A DNA stretch of 64,000 nt. Origin: an uncultured Planctomycetota bacterium (lineage in GTDB: Bacteria; Planctomycetota; Planctomycetia; Gemmatales; Gemmataceae). The notes under the pieces were generated by a model, which was not told the DNA's origin, ran no database searches, and was given only the letters and a program-made list of their open reading frames with translations. A program made the position numbers and the translations under genes. Where the stretch lies: assembly GCA_963849325.1 (NCBI GenBank), contig CAWKHF010000012.1:928001-992000 (forward strand). The letters are read 5' to 3'. Below, one piece after another: positions 21,459-31,975 of this stretch; within the stretch, counting starts at the first letter, position 1, and the number at the start of each line of letters is the position of its first letter.

Positions 21459-21489
21459 GCCTTCGAGTTCCTCTGGAGGTAAACCGCCT

Positions 21490-23854
21490 CTATCGCATCA
21501 ACGCATAGAGTACGGCCGCCCGGCCCAGGCGGACAGCACTGTCGTAATCGTGACCCAGGCAGTCCGACGAGGTAGTGTGCTCCAGAGCGCAGCCGAGGTC
21601 GTATTTGCTGTAGATCACCACCCAGCGGCCGTTGTACTTGATGCCCTCCAGGGCCGGCGCCACCGCGCGATACTCCGGGTCCACGCCCTTGCCGTCCGCC
21701 TTCGGACGGCGGCAGCGCACCTGCTTGATCTCCTGGCCGTTCAGCTCCCGACCGAAGAGTTCGTCCGACGGCGGGATCGGCTCCAGCTTCAGCTTTTCCT
21801 CCGCCCATAGCGTTTCCATGAACTTGCGGAAGGAGGCGTCGAAAGCCGGCGAGCCGCAGCAAGCGTCGGCCAGCAGCAGGCCGCCCGACGTCAGGTTGAA
21901 GTGCAGGGGTTTCAGGTCCTTCGCCTTTTCCTCGAAGGCGCCGCGACCGTGCATGTACAGGAAGCGGTAACGGACCACATCTTCGCGCGACGGAAACACC
22001 TCGATCGGCTCCAGCACCACGTCGAGTCCGACCTTGCGCATCTCGCTCATGAGGTTGCGCATGGCCTTGGGGGCCGGCCGCCAGTCGCCGCCGGCGACCG
22101 GCGTGTAGTGGATCTGGCCCACCTTCAGGTAGCCGCGGCGCACACGCTGCCGTTTATCTTCGGGCGGGATCACGATCTCGGTCAGACGGGGCCGCGGCGG
22201 TTCCAGGCCGGTGGCATAGGCGATGATGTTGGCCGCCAACTGGAAGGCGGTTCGACCTTCCACGCTGCGGTCGAAATCGTTGGCCTCCCAGTAGTAAGCC
22301 AGCGGTCGCGGGCTGAAAATCACCACCCACTTGCAGCCGTGCTGGATACCGTACAGCGGGAACGGCCGATTCGGCGTCAGCAGGAACTTGCCCGACGCCG
22401 TCCAGATCGGATGATCGTCCGGCAGGGGCTTCAAATCGGCATCGGGGAAGATGCGGCCCATGAGTTTCTCGAAGTCTGCGTCGAAAGCCCTCCGCGCCGC
22501 AGCAAGCCTCGGCGAGCACGAAACCGCCGTTCTCCAGGTAGTCCTTGAGGATTTCCTCTTCGTTGCCGCGCGGGGCGTAGTCGTGGCCGTTGAAATAGAC
22601 GATGGGCGAGGGCAGCAGCTCGGCGGCCAGGCGGCGCCGCTCCGGCACCGCCTCGGCCCGGCCGCGCACGTCGAAGATTTGCCAGGCCAGCGGTTGACGC
22701 TTGAACAATTCGCGGCTGGCGAAATCGACCAAGTGGCGCACGTCGCTGTGTTTGTTGTTCCAGCCATCGTAGCCGCGCGGGCCGTAGGCCAGCTTGGTCA
22801 ACAGCACCGGCGTCCGCCCCTTGGCGAGGAACAGCAGCGCGAAGCTCGTCGCCACCACCGGCGTGCCGTCGAGGTTGCCCACGCCCTGCCAGGAGCCGTC
22901 GCCCCTCTGAACGCGAACCAGGTATTCGCAGCCGATCTCGTACCAGTCGTGGCCGCCGAAGAAGCGACGACCGGTCAGCCGGCCGGTGCGTTCCAGTCCG
23001 TACAGACAATAGAACTGGGCCGGGCCGAGCCGAGTCGCGGCGTTGTCCGCGCCGAGCCGCGCCGGGAAGTGGGCGCCGATCCAGCGCAGACCGTTGACGG
23101 CCGGGCCATCCTCGTCGTAGACGCCGCAGTCCTTGATGACGCCGCCCTCCATGTGCTGCTTGCCGACGTCCAGGTCCATGCCGGTAATCATCAAGTTGCA
23201 CAGTCCGGCGCTGGTCATGGTCATCGACGGCGGATTGCCGGCCTTGTACGCCCATCCGCCGATGCCTCCCCTGGCCTGTTCCGCCTTGGGGATCTGCGTG
23301 GCGATCATGAATTGGCGGATTTTGCCCAGCGCCTCCTTGTTCACCTTGACGCCGGATTCGATGCCGGCGTGCAGGCCGAGGACGGCGTACTGCGAGTTGG
23401 AGTTGTCCGTGGTGGTGTCCTCGCCATAACCCCAGCCGTTGGGCTTCTGGTGCTCGATCAGCCAGTTGACGTTTTGCTGAATGCGTTCGCGGTCGATGGC
23501 CTGGCCGGCCTGGCTGTAGGCCATCGTTTGCAGGGCGACCACATAGGTCTTGCTGAAGCGGCCGAGCTTGATGTCGCGCAGATACTTCAAGCCGTCCTGG
23601 ATGGCCGGATCGGTGGCCGGCACGCCGGCGGTGAGCAGGGCCAGCAGTGCCAGGCTGGTCGTGCCGCCGGGATAGGCGACGTGAACGGCGTCCGTCTCCC
23701 AGCTGCCATTGTTCCGCCGCTGGCCGAGCAGAAACTTCTTGCCGTCGTCGATGGACTTGCGCACTTTCTCGACCAGTGGGTCGTCGCCTCGGGCGGGGGC
23801 GGCCGCCGACATGAACAGAACCAGGACCATCGCCGACATCAACAGCCATCGCAT
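21490..23854 (-). CDS. Prenyltransferase/squalene-oxidase-repeat protein with two DUF4159 domains (frameshift near 22490)
   Basis: Signal peptide, GWGY..DNSNSQYAVLGL, YCLYGLERTG, QRGDGSW, then two GG.L.A.ACCG DUF4159 units. Confidence 0.8.
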
Positions 23855-23938
23855 GACGGCAATCCTCGGTGGAAGGGGGACAGAGAAGAGGACTGCCTTC
23901 ATTGTGAACGGCGCGGTGGAGACTGCCAAGGGGCAAAC

Positions 23939-25324
23939 TTACAGCAGCTCCCGCACCGGCTCGCGTTCGTCGAGCAGATAGCGCGGCCGGCCGGAGCCGT
24001 CGCGGAAGGTCATCGCCGGGTCGATGCCGATGGTCTGGTAAATGGTGCTCAGAACGTTGGAAATCTTGTAGGGTCGGTCCTTCGGGTATTCGCCGCGGGC
24101 GTCGGTGGAGCCAATGACCTGGCCCATCTTCAAACCGCCTCCGGCGATCGGCGGCGGACATGGCCGGCAGCCAATGTTCGCGGCCGGCGACCTTGTTGAT
24201 CCGTGGGCTGCGGCCGAACTCACCCCAGACGAGGACCACGACGTCCTTTTCCAGGCCGCGCTGGTGCAAATCTTCGAGGAGGGCCGACAGGGATTGGTCC
24301 AGCCTGGGACAGAGCACGTCGCGCATCTTGGGGAAGCCGAGGACGTTGGCCGGGCCGTGCATGTCCCAGTAGCCCAGCGCGACCTCCACGAAGCCCACAC
24401 CCGCCTCGACCAGTCGCCGGGCCAACAGCATCTGGAGGCCCTGGCCGTGGAAGCGGCTGTCCGAGCCGTAGCGTTCCCGCACTTGCAGCGGTTCCTTGCT
24501 CACGTCGAGGGCGATGCGCAGAGCGCTCGAGGTCACGATCTCGAAAGCCCGGCCCTGGAAGGCATCGAGGCCGTTCGCGATCCCCGAGGCGTCCAGGTCG
24601 CGGCGCATCGCATCGAAGCTGGCCAGCAGCTGTTTCCGGTCCCCCAGCCGGCCGCGATCGACACCCGGCGGAAGCTGCAGATCCGCCACGGCGGGACTTT
24701 TCCCGAGGTTGTCCACGTTCCCCGACAGCGAGAGGGGCAGATGGGCGCGACCCAGGAAGCCCGCTTGCAGGTAGAATTGCCAGATGGGCAGACGGCGTCG
24801 CGGTGGGGAAGGACATCTTTCGCATGGTGACATAGGGGGGCACGCCGTTGGCCGACATGCCGCGCACCCTGGAAATCACCGACCCCATGCACGGGTGCTG
24901 CCCCCGCGGACTCTCGACCTCGTTGCGGCCCGTCATAACTTCCGCATCGCTGTGGCCATTCGGAGCGGTCGCGGACAGAGAGCGGATGATGGTCATCTTG
25001 TCCATCAGGGCCGCTTGCCGAGGGAACAGCTCGCAGATGTCGATGCCGCTGACTTTCGTCTTGATCGGCTTGAACTCGCCGCGATACTCGGCCGGTGCAT
25101 CGGGCTTCATGTCGTAGGTATCGAGCTGGGAGGGACCGCCGAGCAGGTACACCATGATCACCGACTTGTTCGGCCGCGACGCCGGCCGCCGCGACGCCGC
25201 CGCTTGCAGGCGGAACAGGTCGGCCAGGCTCGAGCGCCCCGCCCAGGGCGCCGATCCGCAGAAAGTCACGGCGGCTAATGCCGTCGCAGAATCTCCCCGT
25301 GTTGTCTCCCCAGATGGTCAACAT
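23939..25324 (-). CDS. DUF1501 protein with Tat-like N-terminus (several frameshifts)
   Basis: SRRDFLRIG, GGPSQLDTYDMKP, LLARRLVEAGV, WDMH, VWGEFGRSPRIN, GGGLKMGQVIGSTD. Confidence 0.88.
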
Positions 25325-25346
25325 GCTCGAATCCTCCTGATGACCC

Positions 25347-25850
25347 TCATTCGTGACCGATAGTTGTCACCGCGACCGCGTTGGACATCTCTGGTTTGGC
25401 TGGTTCAAACAGCTCGATGGTGAAGCCATCGGGATCGTACAGGTAAACCACAAAGCCGCCGCGGTTCGGACCGGCCGTGATGGCGACCGGCTCGGTGCGG
25501 AAACGTACACCTTGGGTCCGCAGTGCGTCGTAGGCCCGGTGGATATCGTCCACCTCACAGCACAGGTGTGCATGGCCGGCGCAGTTTGTCGCGGGCAACC
25601 CGTTCTCGACGGCATGAGATAGATACTGCACCAATTCCAGCGTGGGCCGGCCGCCTGTCCCCAATTGGAAGGAGGCCACTTCCAGGCGGACACCGGGACA
25701 GCCGGTCTGCCGTCCGACGTAGCTCGCCTCAGCCGTGCGCCGCGCGAGCAGGCGCAGGCCCAGCACGTCGCGGTAAAACCCGATCGACCGGTCGATGTCC
25801 CGCACCGTCAGGCCCAGATGATGCACAGCGCCGAGCAGCCGGTCCATCAT
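25347..25850 (-). CDS. VOC/glyoxalase family protein
   Basis: HHLGLTVRDIDRSIGFY, LELVQY, HLCCEVDDI, YLYDPDGFTIEL. Confidence 0.9.
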   Translation of the reverse strand: MMDRLLGAVHHLGLTVRDIDRSIGFYRDVLGLRLLARRTAEASYVGRQTGCPGVRLEVASFQLGTGGRPTLELVQYLSHAVENGLPATNCAGHAHLCCEVDDIHRAYDALRTQGVRFRTEPVAITAGPNRGGFVVYLYDPDGFTIELFEPAKPEMSNAVAVTTIGHE

Positions 25851-25966
25851 ATCCTCATCAGATCGTTTACGTCTCGAAAGCTATCCAAAGTGTTTTCAGG
25901 TCATCGGTCGGTGCCCGGGCCGCCGGGCCGTCCATGAGCCAGGTCACCAGCACACCCTCGGATCGG

Positions 25967-27421
25967 TCAGCCGTTGGCAAGGAGTTCGGTCACCACGCGG
26001 CCGGACTGGCCGTCGAGCAGCGACTCCGCCCGGCCGCCCTGGACGAAGACCAGCCGCTCCGCGTCCAGGCCGAACAGGTGCAGCAGGGTAGCGTGATAGT
26101 CGTAGTGGTGGACAATGTCTTCGACGGCGCGATGGCCGAACTCGTCCGTCTGTCCGTACACGAAGCCCCGCTTCACGCCGCCGCCGGCCAGCCACATCGT
26201 AAACCCGTCGGTGTTGTGGTCGCGGCCGGGGAGGTAGCCGTCGCCGCGGAACTGCACGAACGGCAGCCGGCCCATCTCGCCGCCCCAGTGGACCAACGTC
26301 GTCTCCAGCAACCCGCGCTGCTTCAAGTCGGTCACCAGGGCCGCGGATGGCTTGTCCACCTGCCGGCATCGCTCCGGCAGATACCGATGGATGTGCTCGT
26401 GATGGTCCCAGCCGTTGGCCCAGACCTGCACGAAACGGACGCCGCGCTCGACCAGTCGTCGGGCGATCAGGCAGCGGGTGCCGAAGTTCCGCGTCACCGG
26501 GTCGTCGAGGCCATACAGCCGGCGCGTCGCTTCCGTCTCTCGCGACACGTCGAAGGCCTCCTTGGCGGCCGTCTGCATCCGCGCGGCCAGGCGATAGCTC
26601 TGGATGCGAGCCTCCAGGTCGGTCTCTCCCGGCGAGTGCTCCAGGTCGCGGCGGTTGAGTCCGTCGAGGTAGTCCAACTGCAATTGCTGCGGCCCGCCGC
26701 GCAGCAGCGCCGTCGGGTCGAGGTTGGAGATGCGCGGCTCGGTCGGCCGGGCCATCGTCCCTTGGTAGATCGACGGCAGCCAGCCGTTGGACCAGTTCTC
26801 CGCCCCATAGACCGGCAGACCGGTATCCGGCAGGGCGACATATGCCGGCAACTCCTGCGTCTCGGCGCCCAGGGCGTAGGTCAGCCAACTGCCCAGTGAC
26901 GGCCGACCGCCGCGGTTGCGCCCGAGCCGAACGCCCGCAGCCCGCCGCCGTGGTTGCGGATGCCGCGCGAGGTTCATCGAGCGGATGACCGTGAGGTCGT
27001 CCACGATCCGGGCGATGTGCGGCAGCAGGTCGGATACCTCGATGCCGGATTGGCCGCGCTTGGCAAACTTCGCGATTCCTTTCATCACGGTGGAGGTGGC
27101 GCCGCCGGCGTTGTCGTAATCGACCTTGAGCACGAGCGACTTGCCGTCGTACTTGTCCAGCGTCGGCTTGGGATCGAAGAGGTCGATGTGGCTGGGACCG
27201 CCTTCGATGAACAGCGAGATCATCGCCTTCGCCCGGGCCGGCCGCGGCGGCTGCTTCGGCTTCAGGTCGTAAGTGCGGCGGTCCAGGTCGGGCATGACCG
27301 GCGCGGCCAGCAACCTGTCTTCGTTGAGCAGCCAGGCGAGGGCCAGGCTGCCGATGCCCATGGCGCTGCCGGCCACGAAATGCCGGCGGCCGCACACCGC
27401 TCCACCAGACGACGGACGCAT
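25967..27421 (-). CDS. DUF1501 protein (start uncertain, 27421 or 27449)
   Basis: RRHF, GGPSHIDLFDPKP, RPSLGSWLTYALG, CLIARRLVERGVRFVQ, WDHH, WGGEMGRLP, GRDHN. Confidence 0.88.
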   Translation of the reverse strand: MRPSSGGAVCGRRHFVAGSAMGIGSLALAWLLNEDRLLAAPVMPDLDRRTYDLKPKQPPRPARAKAMISLFIEGGPSHIDLFDPKPTLDKYDGKSLVLKVDYDNAGGATSTVMKGIAKFAKRGQSGIEVSDLLPHIARIVDDLTVIRSMNLARHPQPRRRAAGVRLGRNRGGRPSLGSWLTYALGAETQELPAYVALPDTGLPVYGAENWSNGWLPSIYQGTMARPTEPRISNLDPTALLRGGPQQLQLDYLDGLNRRDLEHSPGETDLEARIQSYRLAARMQTAAKEAFDVSRETEATRRLYGLDDPVTRNFGTRCLIARRLVERGVRFVQVWANGWDHHEHIHRYLPERCRQVDKPSAALVTDLKQRGLLETTLVHWGGEMGRLPFVQFRGDGYLPGRDHNTDGFTMWLAGGGVKRGFVYGQTDEFGHRAVEDIVHHYDYHATLLHLFGLDAERLVFVQGGRAESLLDGQSGRVVTELLANG

Positions 27422-27459
27422 ACGCTGCCTTCCTCTCTCCTTCGGACATATGAGGTCGC

Positions 27460-30116
27460 TCAACGCACGTAGAGAAAACGGTTCGAGGCCATCAGTGCCT
27501 GGCAATAGGTCGCCAGCGCCGCCCGGGCCGGGTCCGCGAGCGTCGGCGGGCTGGTCGGCTGGGCCGACCCCCGCCGGGGCCGGCGGGCCGGCTCGGCCGG
27601 CGGCGCCGAGGCCAATTCCTTCACCCGCGCCCGCAGCAGCTCCGTCTGCCGGGCCAGGTACGCGGCGGCCGACTCGACCTCGACTTCGTTCGCCTCGACG
27701 CCGAAGGCGAGACGCCACGCCAACCGCACCTGCCGGATCGGATCATCGCCGGCCTCGGCCCGGACCCGATCCGCAAACGCTTCCGCCGTGCGCAGCGCGA
27801 AGGGGCTGTTCAGCAGCAGCAGCGCCTGCGGCGTAACCGTGGAGACCATGCGGACCTCGCAATTGGGCGCCATCATCGGAGCGTCGAACGCCTCCAACTC
27901 CGGGCTCAACGCCGTCCGGCGCGCCGCCAGATACACGCTACGCCGACAGGCCAGGGTCGGGACCCGAGTCCTCCGCCCGGCCTGATCGGTGCTTTCCGAA
28001 GCGACCGGCACGGGCGGCCCGAACGGGCTGGGGTCCAGCTTGCCGGAGACAGCCACCATCGCGTCGCGCACAGCCTCGGCCTCCAAGCGGCGGACGGAGA
28101 AGCGAGCCAGGAGGCGGTTGTCCGGATCGACGGTGTCCAGCCGCGACCGCCGGGCCGACGACTGCCGGTAAGCGGTCGAGCAGACGATCAGTCGGTGCAT
28201 CGCCTTCAGACTCCACCCTCGGGCCGGCAGCTCGCTCGCCAACCAGTCGAGCAGGGCCGGATGGCTGGGCCGATCGCCGAGCCGGCCGAAGTCCGCCAGG
28301 GTAGTCACGATGCCGCGGCCGAAGTGCAGCGCCCAGACCCGGTTCATGAGCACGCGGGCCAACAGCGGATGCCGGCCGTCGGTCAGGTGGCGGGCAAAGG
28401 CCAGCCGCCGTCCGGTGGTCGGCACGTTCGGGTCTTTCTCCGGAATGTCCGTCTCGACCACGCCGCCCAGGACCAGGAGGTCGCCGGGCGGCACCGCCTG
28501 CTTGGGCTGCTCGTGATCGCCGCGGTGCAACAGCCGAGTGACCGGGACTTTACCCGGAACCTCGGTCAATACCCGGACGAACTCCTCTCGCGGCTTGGAG
28601 GCCAGGATCGCCTTGATCCGAGCATCGTATGCCTCCAGCCGCTTTTGACCTTCCAGGATCCCCGGCAGACGTTGGAAAAGTCCCAGGTTGGAGGCGTTCA
28701 CCCGATTTCAGGTTCGGGTAACGGTCGAGGACTCGTGCTTGCTCCGCCGTTCGTCGGGACGGGGCAGATTCATCGCCGCGGCGACAAGGGGACGATCGCT
28801 CTCCGGGAGTCGTTGAATCAGCACGGCCTTGATCTTGGCGATCTGCTCGCGGACGAGTTGGTCACGGGCGCGCTTCTCGGCGGCCGCCTCGCGGTCGATC
28901 GTCTCGACCTTTCGGCGATGGGCCTCTCCGGCCAGCGAGATCCGTCGCTGGTCCGGCGTGCGCCAGTTCTGCCAGTCCAGGGCCGGCTCAAAGACGGCGC
29001 GGAGGCGATGGTAGTCTACGTGGCTGATCGGGTCGTAGCGGTGGTCGTGGCAGCGGGCGCACTGCACGGTCAGACCCAGCAGGGACGTGGACACCACCTG
29101 GAGCGTGTCGGCGATCACCTGGTTGCGCACCGCCGGGGTGTTCTCCTGACCGGTGCCGTCCGGCACCATCCGCAAGAAGCCGGTCGCGGCCAGCTTGTCG
29201 AGGTCGGCGGCGGAGAGGTCCTGGTACGGCGGCCGCACCATCTCGTCGCCGGCCAGTTGCTCCTGGAGGAACTGGTCCAGCGGCTTATCGGCGTTGAAGG
29301 AGCGAATCACGTAATCGCGGTAACGGTAGGCGTCCGCGCGGGGTGGGTCGCGCTCGCTGTGTCCCTCGGAGTCGGCGTAGCCGGCGACGTCCAGCCAGTG
29401 GCGGCCCCAGCGCTCGCCGTAGTGCGGGCGACGCCAACAATTCGTCCACCAGCCGCTCGTAGGCGTCCGGGGCTGTGTCGGCGACGAAAGCGGTCCACCG
29501 CCTCGGGTGTCGGCGGCAGGCCGAGCAGGTCGAAAGAGAGCCGGCGGATCAGGGTCGCCCTGTCGGACTCGGGAGAAAAGGTGAGTCCTTTCTCTTCCAA
29601 CGCCGCCAGCAGGAAGGCGTCGATGGGCGTGCGGACTTTCGCGGCCTCCTTCACGGCGGGCAGAGGGGGCCGTCGGATCGGGCGGAACGCCCACCAGGTG
29701 CGTTCCTCCTCGGTGAAGTACGGCTCCGCCCCGAGGGATGTCGGCTCCGGGCGCACCGTCGGCGCACCGTCGGCGACCCAGCGGCGCAGCAGCTCGACCT
29801 CCCGCGGGGTAGGCCGCTTCTTCATCTCCGGTGGCGGCATTTCCTGATCGGCGATGCGCCGCAGCAGCAGGCTTTCCTCCGGCTTGCCGAGCGCGACCGC
29901 CGGCCCGGAGCGGCCGCCGGCAACGAGGGTGCGGCGCAGGCGCAGGTCGAGCTTGCCCTTGGGCTTTCCCTCCTCGCCGTGGCAGTGGAAGCAGTGCGTC
30001 TTGAGGATGGGCCGGACGTCGCGCTCGTAGGTCACCCTAGGCTCTGCCCCGGCGGCGAGGCCCGGGAGGAACGCGGCAACGGCGGGAATGAGGACGCGGC
30101 GAAATCGGTCCAGCAT
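27460..30116 (-). CDS. PSD1/planctomycete cytochrome c protein (DUF1549+DUF1553; frameshifts near 29480, 29430 and 28705)
   Basis: CFHCHG heme motif, WAFRP, YGERWGRHWLDVAGYADS, CARCHDH, NRVWALHFGRGIV, PSHPALLDWLA, TPQALLLLN. Confidence 0.88.
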
Positions 30117-30194
30117 GACTTACGGTCCTGAGAGAACAACCCGGTGCGGAATCGGGAAAGTCCTGCGATCGCGGGGGTAGGGTAGGCCGATTCG

Positions 30195-30223
30195 ATTATC
30201 CACTCAACCATCGCGCGTGTCAA
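30195..30223 (-). promoter_or_regulatory. Sigma70 promoter of the PSD1-DUF1501 operon
   Basis: Minus strand TTGACA-17 nt-GATAAT, about 80 bp upstream of ATG 30116. Confidence 0.65.
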
Positions 30224-30267
30224 CGGGGTGGGACCGGAATCACAGTCATGGGGTTGGCTGGGCCGCA

Positions 30268-30411
30268 CTAGCGTAATGACTCGACGCACCGTCTATCGCG
30301 TGGCCGATCCACTGCAGCGACTGGTTCGAGCGTATGCACGGCGCCGCACCCCGCAGCGGTAAGCCAGGTAGTCATCCGCTGAGGAAGTTGCGCATCCACG
30401 AGGAAATTCAT
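30268..30411 (-). pseudogene. Truncated DUF5615 (PIN-like) toxin
   Basis: MNFLVDAQLPQRMTTWLTAAGCGAVHTL matches the DUF5615 N-terminus, then runs into an attC-like sequence and stops at 47 aa; not in the ORF track. Confidence 0.7.
30270..30330 (-). other. attC-like site, 5' half (downstream of the TA cassette)
   Basis: Minus strand CTCGAAC-cagtc-GCTGCAGtggatcggccacgcg...; 20/22 identity with 32166-32187. Confidence 0.55.
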
Positions 30412-30446
30412 GGGACCACCGGGTAGAGCCGGCGGGTCCGAGCTAG

Positions 30447-30641
30447 TCAGGCGGCGAAAGCCAGTACAGCTAAGAGATCGTCACGCTCCAGGTCGCTGTA
30501 GTCGGCCAAGATCTCATCCATAGTCATACCCGAACTGAGCAATTCGAGGAGCGTCTCTACCGGGTAGCGGAGTCCGCGGACGCACGGCTTGCCATGACAA
30601 ACCGATGGATCAATCGTAATTCGAGAGAGTAGTGTGTCCAT
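30447..30641 (-). CDS. DUF433 antitoxin (apparent premature TGA; ancestral stop probably overlapped the toxin ATG at 30411)
   Basis: RITIDPSVCHGKPCVRGLRYPV...GMTMDEILADY.DLERDD; the frame continues after TGA as LARTRRLYPVVP to an ATGA overlap. Confidence 0.85.
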   Translation of the reverse strand: MDTLLSRITIDPSVCHGKPCVRGLRYPVETLLELLSSGMTMDEILADYSDLERDDLLAVLAFAA

Positions 30642-30784
30642 ATCCCTAGCATACCAAAAACGGACGCCCTCATCGCCGAACAATAAGCTCAGATGGGGAT
30701 GATGCCGGGTTGCTCCCACCGACGACAAGCCGGCGGTATTATGGAGTAACCCAGTAAAAGCCACCCCATCTGGAGCAACCCGAC

Positions 30785-31798
30785 ATGTCCACCACTCTAC
30801 CACTGTTCGTCGGACTGGACTACTCCCAACACGCCGTCCAACTGTGCGTCTTGGACCCCACGGGTCAGGTCTTGTGTAACCGCGCCGTGCCTGACTCCGC
30901 CGACGCCATCGATCAGGCCGTCCGGCGATTCGGTGCCGTCCGCGGCGTCGCCCTGGAAGCCTGCACCGGAGCCGCCAACCTCGCCGAGGAACTCGCCGAC
31001 CGCTTCGCCTGGCCCGTCCACCTCGCCCACCCCGGCTTCGTCTCCCGCATGAAGCAGTCGCCCGACAAAACCGACTTCTCCGACGCCCGCGTCCTGGCCG
31101 ACCTCGAACGGGTCGGCTACCTGCCCCGCGTCTGGATCGCCCCCAAGCAGCTCCGCGAGTTGCGTACCCTGGTCCGCGACCGCCAGCAGTTGGCCGCCCA
31201 GCGACGCAACCTCAAACTTCAGATCGGTGCCCTGCTACGGGAACACCGCCTACGCTGTAGCCACAACCGCTGGACGCGGGCCTGGCACGCCTGGCTGGAG
31301 CATCAAGCTCAACTGCCCGAACAAGCACGCTGGGTCATGCAACAACGCCTGCGTCGGCTGGCCTGGATCGTCCAGGAGATCCGCACCGTCGAAGAACGTC
31401 TCGAACAAGTCACCGCTGTGGACGGCACCGTAACTTGGCTGCGGACGATCAAGGGCATTGGTCCGGTCACCGCCTGGACGTTGCGGGCCGAGATCGGTCG
31501 CTTCGACCGTTTCCGCACCGGCAAGCAGTTGGCGCGGTACTGCGGCCTGACGCCGTGCAACCGCTCCTCGGGCGTGCGTGAGGCCGACGCCGGTTTGATC
31601 CGGGCGGCCAATCCCGAACTGCGTCGCGTGCTCATCGAGGCGGCCTGGCTGTTGGCTCGTCTGCAGCCGCGTTGGCGGCAACTGGCCGAGCGTCTGAAGG
31701 CACGGGGCAAACCGAGTACGGTGGTGATAGCGGCCGTGGCCAACCGCTTCGTGCGTTGGTTGTACCACGAAGGAGTCCGCCAACAGGCGGCGGCCTGA
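30785..31798 (+). CDS. IS110-family DEDD recombinase/transposase (intact, 337 aa)
   Basis: FVGLDYS, VALEAC and KTDFSDA (D-E-D-D); TIKGIG; YCGLTP..RSSG with the catalytic-type Ser; LRRVLIEAA. Confidence 0.95.
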   Translation: MSTTLPLFVGLDYSQHAVQLCVLDPTGQVLCNRAVPDSADAIDQAVRRFGAVRGVALEACTGAANLAEELADRFAWPVHLAHPGFVSRMKQSPDKTDFSDARVLADLERVGYLPRVWIAPKQLRELRTLVRDRQQLAAQRRNLKLQIGALLREHRLRCSHNRWTRAWHAWLEHQAQLPEQARWVMQQRLRRLAWIVQEIRTVEERLEQVTAVDGTVTWLRTIKGIGPVTAWTLRAEIGRFDRFRTGKQLARYCGLTPCNRSSGVREADAGLIRAANPELRRVLIEAAWLLARLQPRWRQLAERLKARGKPSTVVIAAVANRFVRWLYHEGVRQQAAA

Positions 31799-31839
31799 CG
31801 GATAGTGACAAGGCGTTGTCATTGTCGGGGAAGTTCCTG

Positions 31840-31975
31840 AGCGGTTGCGGGTGTGCTCGGCCGGCTGCTGGGGTTTAATCCTCGCGCTCAGATGGGGCAG
31901 CCCGCAACCTTTCTTCGCATCCCATTTGGGCAGGGTCTTGAACCCACGCTCGGATAAGAAGCATGGGAGCCCCAA
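31840..31975 (+). ncRNA. Predicted bridge/seek RNA of the IS1111-type element (ends approximate)
   Basis: Stem GGTTGCGGG/CCCGCAACC enclosing GCCGGCTGCT (9/10 to the bottom strand of the right target flank plus core) and GCTCAG (left flank plus core). Confidence 0.65.
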
